Of a stretch of 64,000 nt of DNA, positions 1 through 9,385 are shown piece by piece. The stretch comes from Vulcanimicrobiota bacterium (lineage in GTDB: Bacteria > Vulcanimicrobiota > Xenobia > Xenobiales > JADMJV01): positions 1 to 64,000 of the forward strand of contig JBFWNU010000011.1 of assembly GCA_050250895.1 (NCBI GenBank), written 5' to 3'. The notes under the pieces are model-generated. The model was not told where the DNA came from. It saw only the letters and a program-made list of their open reading frames with translations, and made no database searches. Position numbers and translations under genes: made by a program. Within the stretch, counting starts at the first letter, position 1, and every line of letters starts with the position of its first letter.

Positions 1-16
1 CATTGACATCCGTGAT

Positions 17-128
17 GCTTCAATAGGGCCAGCTCGTCATCGAGCTGGATGGAACGCTTTGAGCTTCGCCGACCGTCGACTGGTCGAACTGGCTTCAATA
101 GGGCCAGCTCGTCATCGAGCTGGATGGA
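17..128 (-). CRISPR. Leader-proximal end of a type I-G CRISPR array: 2 repeats (17-53, 92-128), one full ~38-nt spacer (54-91), partial spacer 1-16; array probably continues beyond the left edge
   Basis: Two identical 37-nt repeats. Minus-strand sense TCCATCCAGCTCGATGACGAGCTGGCCCTATTGAAGC, with hairpin CCAGCTCG-ATGA-CGAGCTGG and the ATTGAAGC end typical of I-G repeats. Adjacent to cas2. Confidence 0.93.
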
Positions 129-333
129 GCGCTCGCCGGAGTCCCTTTCACCACAACGCTTCTCGACCCTCCTTGCGAGCGTAGGCGTCCCTTCAAGCTC
201 AGTAGAGCGAAACTTGAGGAGAAATCACGGCGCAAGAAGGGTCGAGGCGTTGCCCTATCTGGGCTGCGAGCGTCGACTGGGGTCGAAGGCACCACCGAGA
301 CCCTCGACCCCTCACCTATGCGATTGTCAAAGA
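129..333 (-). promoter_or_regulatory. CRISPR leader
   Basis: Non-coding gap between the cas2 stop and the first repeat, oriented with the repeats. Confidence 0.7.
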
Positions 334-627
334 TCACAGAAGTGTCGGGCCACGCCTCGGCGGCTCGTAGGGCACTCCGACCCATTCGACGCGGGCAGCT
401 AAATTCTTACTGGGCCCGAGGTCAAAAATGAGCACCTGGTCCATATCGTGATTGACAATCTCGGTCAATTCTCTAACCATCCGCGTCTTCAAGAGATCAT
501 CGAGCTGGCAACGAAAGACCGACAATTGCACATGCTCGCCGTAGGCCTTCATGGTCTCGAACACCAGGCGGAGCCGCTTGGGGTCGCAGATATCATAGGT
601 CACAACCATATCCCGTTTGAGGCTCAT
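334..627 (-). CDS. cas2: CRISPR-associated endonuclease Cas2
   Basis: VVTYDICDPKRL and YGEHVQLSVFRC motifs. ATG at 627 overlaps the cas4/1 stop (ATGA). Confidence 0.95.
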   Translation of the reverse strand: MSLKRDMVVTYDICDPKRLRLVFETMKAYGEHVQLSVFRCQLDDLLKTRMVRELTEIVNHDMDQVLIFDLGPSKNLAARVEWVGVPYEPPRRGPTLL

Positions 628-2261
628 CTTGTTACAAACACCGGATACTCCTCGATCTCTCCGGCCAGGCAACGGGCCAACAGACGAGCCTGCACGTAGA
701 GCACCCGCCGATAGCTGAGCTGGTATCCGAAGACGGGATGGGACAGCTCCGCGTCCAAGCGTCGCTCGAAAGCTCGAATGACGGCGTGTCGGCCGTCCCT
801 GGTCAGGCTCACGGCGCCAGCCCGACTATAGAAGTTGCCCGGACCCAACTGCCGCTTGTTGATTAGACTCAGCAACGTCGAGTCAGCCACCAGCGGACGG
901 AATTCCTCCATCAAGTCAAGGGCTAGAGCGGGTCGGCCGTAGCGCGGTTGATGGTAGAATCCCTGGTATGGGTCGAGCCCGATGGACTCGCAAGTCACCA
1001 CCAGCTCTTTGCTCAGCAGTGAGTAGAGATACGACAGCACGGCGTTGACCGGATCGGTCGGGGGCCTTCGGGTTCGCGACTCGAAGCTGAATGTCTCAAT
1101 GTCCTGGGCGGCGCGGGCGCGAAACATGCCAGAAAGTCTCGAGAAATACCATTTCGCGGCCATCCCCTCGATGCCGAGCAGCGAGCCCAGATTGTCCGTT
1201 TTGAGGGCGGCTCGGCGCAACCGTTGCATCTCGTCGAGCACGTCATCGCAGTCACCCCGGTAGTTCCTTCGGAGCATCGTTCGCTGGTTCTGGATCTTGG
1301 CGGCCACGAAGCGTCGGGCCAGGCTCAAGCAGTAGTCGTTGTCAAAAGCACGCCGGAATTGGTGTTGGCGCAGCTCGATGTTCTTGTGGGTTGGCCCCGT
1401 AGTCATGCCCGCAAACCAACCGCCGTAGCTGAAGTAGCAGATCGGGATGCCACGTTCACAGAGTGTCCGGACAGCCTGGGTGCTGACCTGAATGTTGCCC
1501 CTCAAGCAGACCTGAGACACCTCGATCAGGCGACAGGTCTTGACCAGTTCCCCCTTGCGCTTGACCTCCAGCACGCCTTTGCTGACACCGATGGTAAGGC
1601 CCTGCTCGTCCACGTACAGGGGTAAGGCGTCATCCTTGGGCGCGAATAGACGGCGGGGCTCTTTCTGGAGCCCCCGCAGCAGATTCACTTCGTCTGGCAG
1701 GCAGATGCTGTTGAGTGAGCAGGCCGGGCACCTGGGACTGTCTTCGAGCGGCGGGGGGATGGCCGGTATGCTCAGGGTCAGGCGAAGCTGGCGTAAGGCA
1801 TCCAAAGTCAGCTTCACCAGTTCGTCGTCGAAGGGTACCTCCACGCGGCTACGCGTGGTCGCAAAATAAACAAAGCCCCGCTCGCAACGATAGCCATTTT
1901 CACGCAGAATGAGGCCCTGGGCACAAAGTTGCACCCGTTCAGGGTCCCACACTGGTTCGTCTCGTTTAGAGGGCTTGCCTCGCTTGGTCTCGACCGGCGA
2001 CACCTCGCCGCCCTCACCCTCGATCAAGTCGAACTTGGCTAACAGGCCCACGCCCGGTGCCGACATTAGCACCGAGCGTGCCTCGAAATCTGGCGCTTCC
2101 ATCTGCCCACCGCCCCGGTCGACCCGGCGATGTTGCAGGTGGCCGTCCTCGGTAAAGTAGTTGTCGCGCCATTCTTGCTGAGCCCACTCGAGATAGGCCA
2201 GTCGGTTGCAATAGACGAACTCGTTGAGCATCCTGGCCGGCACCAGGTCGGGCACCTCCAC
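624..2261 (-). CDS. cas1: Cas4/Cas1 fusion (type I-G)
   Basis: N-terminal Cas4 (EFVYCNR, D-L-I-E, E-T-K, QLCAQ, CPACSLNSIC) fused to Cas1 (GIEGMAAKWYF, RRPPTDPVNAVLS, GFYHQ, LALDLMEEFRP). Confidence 0.95.
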   Translation of the reverse strand: MEVPDLVPARMLNEFVYCNRLAYLEWAQQEWRDNYFTEDGHLQHRRVDRGGGQMEAPDFEARSVLMSAPGVGLLAKFDLIEGEGGEVSPVETKRGKPSKRDEPVWDPERVQLCAQGLILRENGYRCERGFVYFATTRSRVEVPFDDELVKLTLDALRQLRLTLSIPAIPPPLEDSPRCPACSLNSICLPDEVNLLRGLQKEPRRLFAPKDDALPLYVDEQGLTIGVSKGVLEVKRKGELVKTCRLIEVSQVCLRGNIQVSTQAVRTLCERGIPICYFSYGGWFAGMTTGPTHKNIELRQHQFRRAFDNDYCLSLARRFVAAKIQNQRTMLRRNYRGDCDDVLDEMQRLRRAALKTDNLGSLLGIEGMAAKWYFSRLSGMFRARAAQDIETFSFESRTRRPPTDPVNAVLSYLYSLLSKELVVTCESIGLDPYQGFYHQPRYGRPALALDLMEEFRPLVADSTLLSLINKRQLGPGNFYSRAGAVSLTRDGRHAVIRAFERRLDAELSHPVFGYQLSYRRVLYVQARLLARCLAGEIEEYPVFVTR

Positions 2262-2263
2262 CG

Positions 2264-5200
2264 CTAACGCTTCAAAAGTCGCAACTCTTTGGAGCGCGGT
2301 CCGGCTATGGCCTGGGCCGGCGTGAAGTTGCGCACTTTGAGAACGGTGATCCTCTGTGAGCGCATGACTTCGGCCACTCCGATCTCGTCGAGGTCAACAC
2401 GCTTCGAGAGAAGCCAATCGCAGTGCGAGACCAGGCTCCTAACGGAGTCCTCCGTCAATGGTGCCAACCAGATCGGCCAGCGGAAGTAGGTGTTGCGACT
2501 GCCCTTGCCCTCGAATCCCAAGGTTTGCATCTGGCGGACCGTTGGCACGGTGGCAAACAACGGCAACGCCTCTACAGCTAGCCGGTTCGCCCCCCGAACT
2601 GTGCGAATCGGGTCTCGACTCGGTTCGGTCCACCGCAGAGCGTATCGTCGGTCGTCGGCCGGGTCGAAGCGCAGACTCGGTTTGTCATCTTGATAGCCCC
2701 AGGGCTCAAAGAGAGCGTGACGCAGGTGTTCGGGCTCGGTCAGCGTCTGGAGGTCTCTCATCGTCTTGAGGAAGTGTTGGTGGCCGACGCCGCTCATAGT
2801 GCGAAAAGCGGTGTCTTGCACCATCTCGCCCTGCCTCGCAGCCTCGCACCCCAGAGCAGTAAGCCAGTCGGCCCAATCGCGGTCGCCCATTTCCAGCCAG
2901 TGCTTTACCGCCTCCCGGGCGCAGTCGCGGTAGGTGCCCAATTCGATCTTGTTGGAGTCATCTAAGCTGTCCATCGGTGCTGGCCACCGCGACTTGCTGA
3001 GGTTCTGGTGGAGCAGGTTCACCAGTTCCATCTCTGACATCTCCTCCGGCAGGTGCAGGACCGGTGACCAACAGGCTTGGGCCTCCCACGACAACCGGAC
3101 CTGGGTGTCCAGGCATCGGTTGAGCGTTCTCAGCACACCGATGGCCGCCAAGAAACCGAGGAGATTTCCGCCATCAAGACCTGCTAATTTGAGACAGTGG
3201 GCCGGACTGGCCGACGTTACCCGCGGCTGGGCCGAGGACTTCAGCTCAAGAGGCGGCGCCTGCCAGCCCCCTGGTTCAGAGCATCGGTGGTCCGCGCAGA
3301 CGATTAGTGACTCCAGATAGGCGAGACCCCACCAGCCATAACGCCGCACGCAGCGCCAGAAACGATCCAGGTGACCACTTTGGAGAGATGGCAGCGCGCT
3401 GTCAGCCGTGCCGTCAAGCTCCACGCCGAGATAGTCTAGATTGACCTGGCCGACCGTCTTGCCTTCGGGCACAGTGTCGGCCAACGGACGGGCCTGGCCA
3501 TGGTGTACCGCCACTAAATGCAGAACCAGGTCCGGGTCGTGCGCTTGCCTAAGCAAATCCGGACGACTTTCGGAGAGAGTGGCTGAAAGAAACTCGTGAC
3601 GCTTGCCCTTCGGGTACCCGGCCCACCGCCGAGCCAGGTCTCTCTGAGCCTTGGTCTGAAATCGCTGGGACTTGGCCAACAAATCGTCATTGAGGCTGAC
3701 GCTACCCCCTCGAAGCCAGGCCTGAAAACGAGAATCGGCTTTGCCCAGGTCGTGGAGTTCGCCGGCAAGTTGCAGATCTGAGACCAATTCCGGAGCGAGC
3801 GTAGCAAGTTGGGCCCAGCCAGCCGCCGTATTCGCAACGTTGTCGCAGTGTTCTCTGAGAGGAACCTCTCGATCACCCTGGTTGGAAGACTCGTCTTCGT
3901 GGGTGAAGTCATCCGAAGGCCTCTTGGAGTCAAGCTTGCACACAAGCACCCACCCTTTGCCATCAGGGCAACGCTGGAGCTTCTCAATCACCTCCGCGCC
4001 CTTCGACCTTGCTGGCTCTTCGGCATAGGGCTTTCGTGCTTTCTCACTACGCGAGGGCTTCTGTGCAGCGTCCAATACTCGAGCAAGCCAGTTGTCTTCC
4101 GCCACGTGGCTCCTTAGAGTGTCAACGGCGGCCTCGACGGTTTCGGGGTCCAGTAGCTCGACCTCCGTGGCCTCAAAGGCCGCAAAGAACTCGCTCCAAG
4201 TCTCAGGATGGACCCCCGGCAATTCGCGACCGGGCCGAATCCTCAAGACACCTCGCCGACGCGTCCTCTGCTGCGCCTCATCCCCTCGGTCCAGTGCGAC
4301 CTTGACGGGTATATCGACAATCTCCCCGAGCCGCGAAAGCTGGTCTTTTGTAACCACTACGGTGTCCCCAGGGCGTAGGTAAGCTTCGGCCCCGGCGGAC
4401 CGTGGACGTTGCAACGCCACATAGCCCGTTGTTGGGTCATCCGGACCGCGCCAGACCAAAGTTCTCAAGCCACTGAGGTCTGGAGAGGTTTCCTCAGCTG
4501 CTTCTCCCGATTCGATGTCACTTGTCAGGTCAGGTTCAGATTTTTTGGCCAGCCAACTCTTTGCGACATGGAGTGGCACCGGGAACGTCTCGGCGACAGC
4601 CGGAGGCACCAGCGAGAGAGTCTCGCGGAAGACGGATTGAGGGATGTCGAACGGTTGCCCCTCAGCGTTGAGTTGGCTCAGGTCCTCGCGACAAACAAAG
4701 CGTACCTCTGGTAGGCCCGCATCAGTTCCGCGTAGGAAGACTGAGGGATCAACATCGGGCGCGGGTCGGGGGTTCGTCTGGACCAGGCAGTCCAGGTGAG
4801 AAGGCATCAGAATGGGTGCATCGGAAGCTGCTTTCGATAACCCTTCTGGCTTAGCAAGCTTGTCCAAGCTGTCGACGCCAAAATCCACGAAACCATCGAC
4901 GGCCACCGACCTGAGCCAATTCCAGGTGTTCGTCAACGCCTCACCATAGATGGCATCTGGCTCTTTGGCTTCGACATGCTGCGGCCCGGCAACTACCACC
5001 CCCGGCGCGGAGGCGGACACTCCCAGACGATTGAGTCGGCCGAACCGTTGGCGGAGCGCGTCAAGAGAGGCGCATTCCGTGACAAGTCCGTCGAAGTCGA
5101 GATTGGCACCCACCTCGATACACTGCGTAGCTACGACAAACAACGGGTCGGCTTGCTCTCTGGCACGACCAGGGGTGGCTGCAATCCGTGCCCGATGCTG

Positions 5201-6214
5201 CCGGTAAAGCTCCTCGCGGTCGAGTTCGCGCATGCGCCCCGTCAACAGAAGAGTCTGCTTGCCGGCTTCTCGCAACCGCCTTTCGGCGGAACGGGCCGTG
5301 GCCACTCGATTCACCAAAATCGCCACAGTATCGAGCGGCCCGCTTCGCTGCAGCTTCACCGCCTCGTCCACTAAAAACTGAGCGAGCTGCTCGTGCCACC
5401 GCTTTCCCTTGACCTTCTCGGCGAACTCCAATCGGCTGGGCTTGGCTGCCGAGAGACGAGGCCCCAGCGTGGGGTCTCTGTGGTCCTGCTCGTCGAGCTG
5501 GAACAGCCTGCGATTGGTCGAAGGTGTGGCCGTCATGGTCGTCAGCTGGAAGGGTCGCCCGACAGTCTTCTTGGCCTGGCCTCTAAAACTCTTGACCCAG
5601 TTGAGCGTCTGGCGAAACGGCTCAGAGCAATGGGCCTCGTCGAGAATGACCAAAATGTCATTACCGACCAAACCCGCGTGATAAACACTGGCCGCCCGGC
5701 TCACTCCGTAACCTCTGAAGAAGAGGCGGGAACCCAACTGGTCGACGGTGCTACACACAACGAGGGGCTGGGTCGGGTTTTTAGCCCAACCGTTGTCGCG
5801 ATAAATGCCGCCACGTAACTGAAAGGCCTCGAGGGGGCTGACCAGGTCTTCGCCAAAACGGTCGGCTCCGGCGCTCTCAAGGAGATGCTCTCGGACTCGT
5901 CGCACCACGTCGCTTTGTGGATTCTTGAGGGCCGTTACAAGCTTCTTTGCGTGCTCATAGGCTTCATCGACTACCACGCGACGGTCAACCACAAAGAAGA
6001 TCCGGCGGGGGGCGTCGGGCTGGCCCATCGCGAGGGCAAAGACCGCAACGTCAATGCAAGCGGTCTTGCCGCTGGCCGTAGGCAGGGAGATATCCGCGGG
6101 CCAGCGGTCTTCGGCTAAGACCGTCTTCAACAATCTCTCTTGCCACGGAAATGGTTGAAACCCGTGGACTTCTTCCATGAAGGCTCGGAAGTCACTTTCG
6201 CTGAGGTTACTCAT
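2264..6214 (-). CDS. cas3: Type I-G Cas3 (helicase plus C-terminal HD nuclease) fused to a Cas8g-like Cas3-extension domain (~2264-3200)
   Basis: Helicase motifs PTASGKT, DEAH, TAT, QRFGRLNR. HD domain LREH...HDLGK...HE...HHG...ADH. Then GLDGGNLLGFLAAIG...LRFDPADDRRYA...GANRLA...WPIW. Confidence 0.9.
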   Translation of the reverse strand: MSNLSESDFRAFMEEVHGFQPFPWQERLLKTVLAEDRWPADISLPTASGKTACIDVAVFALAMGQPDAPRRIFFVVDRRVVVDEAYEHAKKLVTALKNPQSDVVRRVREHLLESAGADRFGEDLVSPLEAFQLRGGIYRDNGWAKNPTQPLVVCSTVDQLGSRLFFRGYGVSRAASVYHAGLVGNDILVILDEAHCSEPFRQTLNWVKSFRGQAKKTVGRPFQLTTMTATPSTNRRLFQLDEQDHRDPTLGPRLSAAKPSRLEFAEKVKGKRWHEQLAQFLVDEAVKLQRSGPLDTVAILVNRVATARSAERRLREAGKQTLLLTGRMRELDREELYRQHRARIAATPGRAREQADPLFVVATQCIEVGANLDFDGLVTECASLDALRQRFGRLNRLGVSASAPGVVVAGPQHVEAKEPDAIYGEALTNTWNWLRSVAVDGFVDFGVDSLDKLAKPEGLSKAASDAPILMPSHLDCLVQTNPRPAPDVDPSVFLRGTDAGLPEVRFVCREDLSQLNAEGQPFDIPQSVFRETLSLVPPAVAETFPVPLHVAKSWLAKKSEPDLTSDIESGEAAEETSPDLSGLRTLVWRGPDDPTTGYVALQRPRSAGAEAYLRPGDTVVVTKDQLSRLGEIVDIPVKVALDRGDEAQQRTRRRGVLRIRPGRELPGVHPETWSEFFAAFEATEVELLDPETVEAAVDTLRSHVAEDNWLARVLDAAQKPSRSEKARKPYAEEPARSKGAEVIEKLQRCPDGKGWVLVCKLDSKRPSDDFTHEDESSNQGDREVPLREHCDNVANTAAGWAQLATLAPELVSDLQLAGELHDLGKADSRFQAWLRGGSVSLNDDLLAKSQRFQTKAQRDLARRWAGYPKGKRHEFLSATLSESRPDLLRQAHDPDLVLHLVAVHHGQARPLADTVPEGKTVGQVNLDYLGVELDGTADSALPSLQSGHLDRFWRCVRRYGWWGLAYLESLIVCADHRCSEPGGWQAPPLELKSSAQPRVTSASPAHCLKLAGLDGGNLLGFLAAIGVLRTLNRCLDTQVRLSWEAQACWSPVLHLPEEMSEMELVNLLHQNLSKSRWPAPMDSLDDSNKIELGTYRDCAREAVKHWLEMGDRDWADWLTALGCEAARQGEMVQDTAFRTMSGVGHQHFLKTMRDLQTLTEPEHLRHALFEPWGYQDDKPSLRFDPADDRRYALRWTEPSRDPIRTVRGANRLAVEALPLFATVPTVRQMQTLGFEGKGSRNTYFRWPIWLAPLTEDSVRSLVSHCDWLLSKRVDLDEIGVAEVMRSQRITVLKVRNFTPAQAIAGPRSKELRLLKR

Positions 6215-7679
6215 CTGTGCGCTCCTCTCTTAGCGGTCGAAATAGCCCATAGCCACGGTAGCGCCCCGCCCCTAGCAGCACTGGGCCTTGGACCGGCATC
6301 TCAAACTCCAGTCTTGCGTGGGTCATCATGCGTTGGCCGCCACGTCCCTTCGGCAATCCCGGAAAGTCGGGGCTCGTCGGGCACCCGCGAAAAGCGGAAA
6401 CCCGACTAACACTTACAAGGGGCGACGGGAGCCCGATACGCTGGCAGGACCGAACGATCAGGCCTTCTATTTCGCGCTCTCGACGCTCGCGGTCTGAGGG
6501 ACGCGACTTCAGGTGACGGTCGAGCACGACTGGTGTGACTGATGCCCACAATCGCGCTCCCCTACGAGCGGTCCAGGTGGAAGATTGGAGGCTCCGCTCT
6601 CCGGTCATCGAGGCCTTGGCGCGGACTCTGGCCTCACCAAGCCGCCCCATCTTAAGAAGGATGCCATCGTCGTCTTCGATGATGAGTATCAGTCGCTGAA
6701 GCTCATCGTTGGGAATGTCCCGCTTTGGTAGTGCCAGACCCAAGCCCAGTAGATGCCCGTCGGCATGTTCGTGGCCGATGAACGGGAGTGGCACAATAGC
6801 CAGATGGTCTTCTTCGACGGGCGTGCCGTCCTCGTGATGGCCGCTCAACCAGGCTGGACAAGGGTCAGGATATCGCGAGAGCAAGGTATTGCGTAGTACT
6901 CCTGTGAGCAGCAGGGTGGACCTGAGACCATATCGCTGCTTATTCTGAGGGTCGAGCTTGAGAACCAATAGATTTGGCCTAAAGCAAGTACCCCTCACTT
7001 CCTTCTCTGGCGATTCGTCAGCCTCGGTGTAGCCTTGCCAATAGCCGATGCTCGGTCGCTGACCGCCTTCGAAGGCCCGTTCTAACAGCCTCAAGCGTCC
7101 ACCTCGAGGTATTCGCAGACGAATGGCCGGGTTCTTTAAAGTCGGCAACAGTGTGCGCCCGACGAAGGCGTCTGTCTCGTCCAACCAGACCCAAGTCAAA
7201 GAAGCGGAGTGGCCCACGTAGGTCACTCGCGAGCAGAGTTCACGCAGCGCCTCCCTGACCTCGGCCGGGGCATCGGAGGCCCAACGGTAACCCACCGCCT
7301 CGTCACCCACCACGGCAACTGGAAACTGACGAGCCTGCTTGGGTCGGTCGTCCGGCAACAGGGCGAGGGCGGATTTGAGCTGAGCTTCCTTTACGTTGGC
7401 GATGTCTTTGATACGCGGGCGCTGGACATCGTTGACAGGGACGAAGTGGGTTACCGTCGCGCGCTCCCAAGCTTCGGGAACGATCAACTCTGGGGCCGGT
7501 TGGCACTCAAGCCACTCCAGCGCCCGTCGCCCCTCATCGTTGGGTTCGCTGAAGTGAGCTGCCGTCAAGGCCATGAACAGTCGGTCGGGGTGAGGCGGCC
7601 ACTCCGGCTCGAGGCGAGAGCCGACTGAAGTTGCCATGGCGCGCCCCAATAGGAATCGGACGCCTATCGTCAGCCCCAT
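6207..7679 (-). CDS. csb2: Type I-G Csb2 (Cas5/Cas6 fusion)
   Basis: N-terminal EWPPHPDRLFMAL. WASVTPVVLDR. C-terminal GPVLLGAGRYRGYGLFRP glycine loop. Confidence 0.92.
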   Translation of the reverse strand: MGLTIGVRFLLGRAMATSVGSRLEPEWPPHPDRLFMALTAAHFSEPNDEGRRALEWLECQPAPELIVPEAWERATVTHFVPVNDVQRPRIKDIANVKEAQLKSALALLPDDRPKQARQFPVAVVGDEAVGYRWASDAPAEVREALRELCSRVTYVGHSASLTWVWLDETDAFVGRTLLPTLKNPAIRLRIPRGGRLRLLERAFEGGQRPSIGYWQGYTEADESPEKEVRGTCFRPNLLVLKLDPQNKQRYGLRSTLLLTGVLRNTLLSRYPDPCPAWLSGHHEDGTPVEEDHLAIVPLPFIGHEHADGHLLGLGLALPKRDIPNDELQRLILIIEDDDGILLKMGRLGEARVRAKASMTGERSLQSSTWTARRGARLWASVTPVVLDRHLKSRPSDRERREREIEGLIVRSCQRIGLPSPLVSVSRVSAFRGCPTSPDFPGLPKGRGGQRMMTHARLEFEMPVQGPVLLGAGRYRGYGLFRPLREERTDE

Positions 7680-8887
7680 TAGTCTGACTCCGGCGCGGTC
7701 AGCGCGAGCAGTTGGCTCCGCTTGACCAGTTCTCCAAGGTCAGGGGAGGGAGCCAGCTCTATCTCCTTTTCGTGCCACGGCAGACCAGCCTTCTTAGCAT
7801 CCTCCACCGCCCGCTTGAGAATGGCGATAGCCCCTTCGGACTCGACCTGATAACGCCTGGGCTCTTGTCCCGGTTGAGCGAGCAGCTCCCATTCGGGGAC
7901 TTGAGTAGGGATCAGGAAGCAACGAGAGCGCAGGTCCAGACCCTTTTCTGACGCGAGCGCAGCCGCGCAGATACCCAGTGCGGCGAGCACCGTTCGGCCC
8001 GCCTGATTTTGGGTCAGAGTGGCGGCTTTGCCGCCCACAGGAAACTTCAACCGGCGAAGCCCGGCCAACGACAGAACCGTGGTTTGAAAGGCTCGTTCGA
8101 CGGTAAAACCCCCGGGCGTGATCGACGGGGCGATGTTGCCGTGGTTGATCTCGGAGGGCTTGCCCTCCTTACCGTAGCGTTTCGGTTTGCCTTTCACCGT
8201 GACAGCCGATTGCTCGTCCATGGTCCAGCCACCGTCTTTCGCCTCGTAGATTGTGGCTGAAGCCTTCTCGATCTGAGCAGGGTCGATCCGGCTCGACGTC
8301 TTGACGCCCCCTACCGCCTTGACCCCGACGATTTCCGAGACCAGGCTACGAGCAAACTTCGCCCCCAGCCCGCCGCGCGGTCCGGTCGAGTCCCAGAGTC
8401 CGAAGATGAGCGCGGTGGGACAGTATTCCAGAAGTGGAGTCGCATTTCCATTGGAGACAATGTCAAGTACACTGCCAACTTTGGACTTGCGGAAGGGTTC
8501 ACCGTTGTGGAGGCAGTCTCTCAACAGAGCATCGGCAATTCGGTGGGGGGCATCGAGGCTAGTCACTCGCAAGGGTCGCGGCAAGTCATAGTCTTTGAAA
8601 TCGACCGTCAACACCGGCAGTTCTAGTCGTCCCTCCTCCCAGGCATCGAGCAGAGCCACTTCCATGCGGTTAGCCTGAGAAGCGACCGAGTCGAGCAACA
8701 CACAATTGACCGCATCTTCGTGCCCGGGCAGTCGGCGGCTCTCGGTGGCGTAGTTGCCGCCCTCATAGGTTGGCGGGAAGATCTTGTCGCCCGGCCCACC
8801 GGCCGGCTGGAGTTCCAGTGTGCAACGAAAGGCGGCGCCGCTTCCGGCGACCGCATCACGAACAGTCTCATAGCTCAACTTAGACAT
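7679..8887 (-). CDS. csb1: Type I-G Cas7 (Csb1)
   Basis: LQPAGGPGDKIFPPTY, LLDSVASQANRME, APHRIADA, ALIFGLWDS and DLRSRC motifs. GGAGG RBS. Confidence 0.93.
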   Translation of the reverse strand: MSKLSYETVRDAVAGSGAAFRCTLELQPAGGPGDKIFPPTYEGGNYATESRRLPGHEDAVNCVLLDSVASQANRMEVALLDAWEEGRLELPVLTVDFKDYDLPRPLRVTSLDAPHRIADALLRDCLHNGEPFRKSKVGSVLDIVSNGNATPLLEYCPTALIFGLWDSTGPRGGLGAKFARSLVSEIVGVKAVGGVKTSSRIDPAQIEKASATIYEAKDGGWTMDEQSAVTVKGKPKRYGKEGKPSEINHGNIAPSITPGGFTVERAFQTTVLSLAGLRRLKFPVGGKAATLTQNQAGRTVLAALGICAAALASEKGLDLRSRCFLIPTQVPEWELLAQPGQEPRRYQVESEGAIAILKRAVEDAKKAGLPWHEKEIELAPSPDLGELVKRSQLLALTAPESD

Positions 8888-8943
8888 GTTACCTCCGATA
8901 ATTCAACATCAAGATTACCTCCACGATGGAAGGCTTTCGAACA

Positions 8944-8979
8944 ATAATAACGAGGCGGAGTGACAGAGAATGTCACTCC
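8944..8979 (-). promoter_or_regulatory. Putative cas operon promoter: palindrome GGAGTGACA-GAGAA-TGTCACTCC followed by a -10 box TATTAT
   Basis: 9-bp inverted repeat at 8957-8979. On the minus strand it reads TGTCAC-N10-TATTAT (-10 at 8949-8944). Confidence 0.6.
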
Positions 8980-9027
8980 TAGGACGACCCAGGAGGGTCC
9001 ATTCAAGGTTCCCTAGCGAGTAACCTG

Positions 9028-9042
9028 CGACAGGATCTGTCA
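9028..9042. promoter_or_regulatory. Second operator-like palindrome CGACA-GGATC-TGTCA
   Basis: Same arms and 5-nt spacer as 8961-8975 and 16563-16577, with one mismatch. Confidence 0.45.
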
Positions 9043-9044
9043 GT

Positions 9045-9070
9045 GGGGTGGGCGGCCGGCCGCCCACCCC
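9045..9070. other. Perfect 26-bp GC-rich palindrome just downstream of the YjzC-like stop (hairpin without U-tract)
   Basis: GGGGTGGGCGGCC/GGCCGCCCACCCC. Confidence 0.7.
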
Positions 9071-9078
9071 TGAGGGGT

Positions 9079-9255
9079 CTACTGGGTGGGGTCAGCTAGC
9101 ACGTAACAGTGTCCCGGCTTCGCCGTGGGAGGAAAGGGCTCACCCTGCACCACTGTCGCCTCGTGGCCGGTGCGATGGTCGTCGTGACAGCGGACTACCG
9201 CCCACTGACCTGATCGTGGGCAGATCTGCCCCGGTCTGTATTTTACTCTACTCAT
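9079..9255 (-). CDS. 58-aa YjzC-family-like small protein (absent from the ORF track)
   Basis: Translated by hand: MSRVKYRPGQICPRSGQWAVVRCHDDHRTGHEATVVQGEPFPPTAKPGHCYVLADPTQ*. The PG-x-x-x-P-x-SG and GEPFPPT pattern resembles YjzC. GGAGG lies 5 nt before the ATG. Confidence 0.8.
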   Translation of the reverse strand: MSRVKYRPGQICPRSGQWAVVRCHDDHRTGHEATVVQGEPFPPTAKPGHCYVLADPTQ

Positions 9256-9345
9256 CTATACCTCCATGAATGTGAAATGGAGGAGTCTTGGGATGTCGAG
9301 CCAAATCAAAGGGTGTTAGATCGATTGGCCTTGTCCGTCGACTCC

Positions 9346-9385
9346 AGAGAGGCTCGGGTGGCCACCCGAGCCTCTCTATCTTTTT
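9346..9385. terminator. Perfect 32-bp palindrome (9346-9377) followed on the + strand by ATCTTTTT; either a + strand intrinsic terminator or a 5' hairpin of the yjzC mRNA
   Basis: AGAGAGGCTCGGGTGG/CCACCCGAGCCTCTCT plus T-run. Confidence 0.6.

Noticed and set aside
54-290. 10-nt match CGTCGACTGG between the spacer and the leader (271-280)
   Set aside because: Too short, needs a gap to extend, and is expected by chance at this GC content.
49-402. ORFs 49..402 (+) and 95..385 (-)
   Set aside because: They overlap the CRISPR repeat and leader and have no protein-like features.
8889-8909. uORF as a CreT-like tRNA-sequestering RNA toxin
   Set aside because: The Arg codons are not directly after the start and are explained by the csb1 SD. 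No following hairpin.
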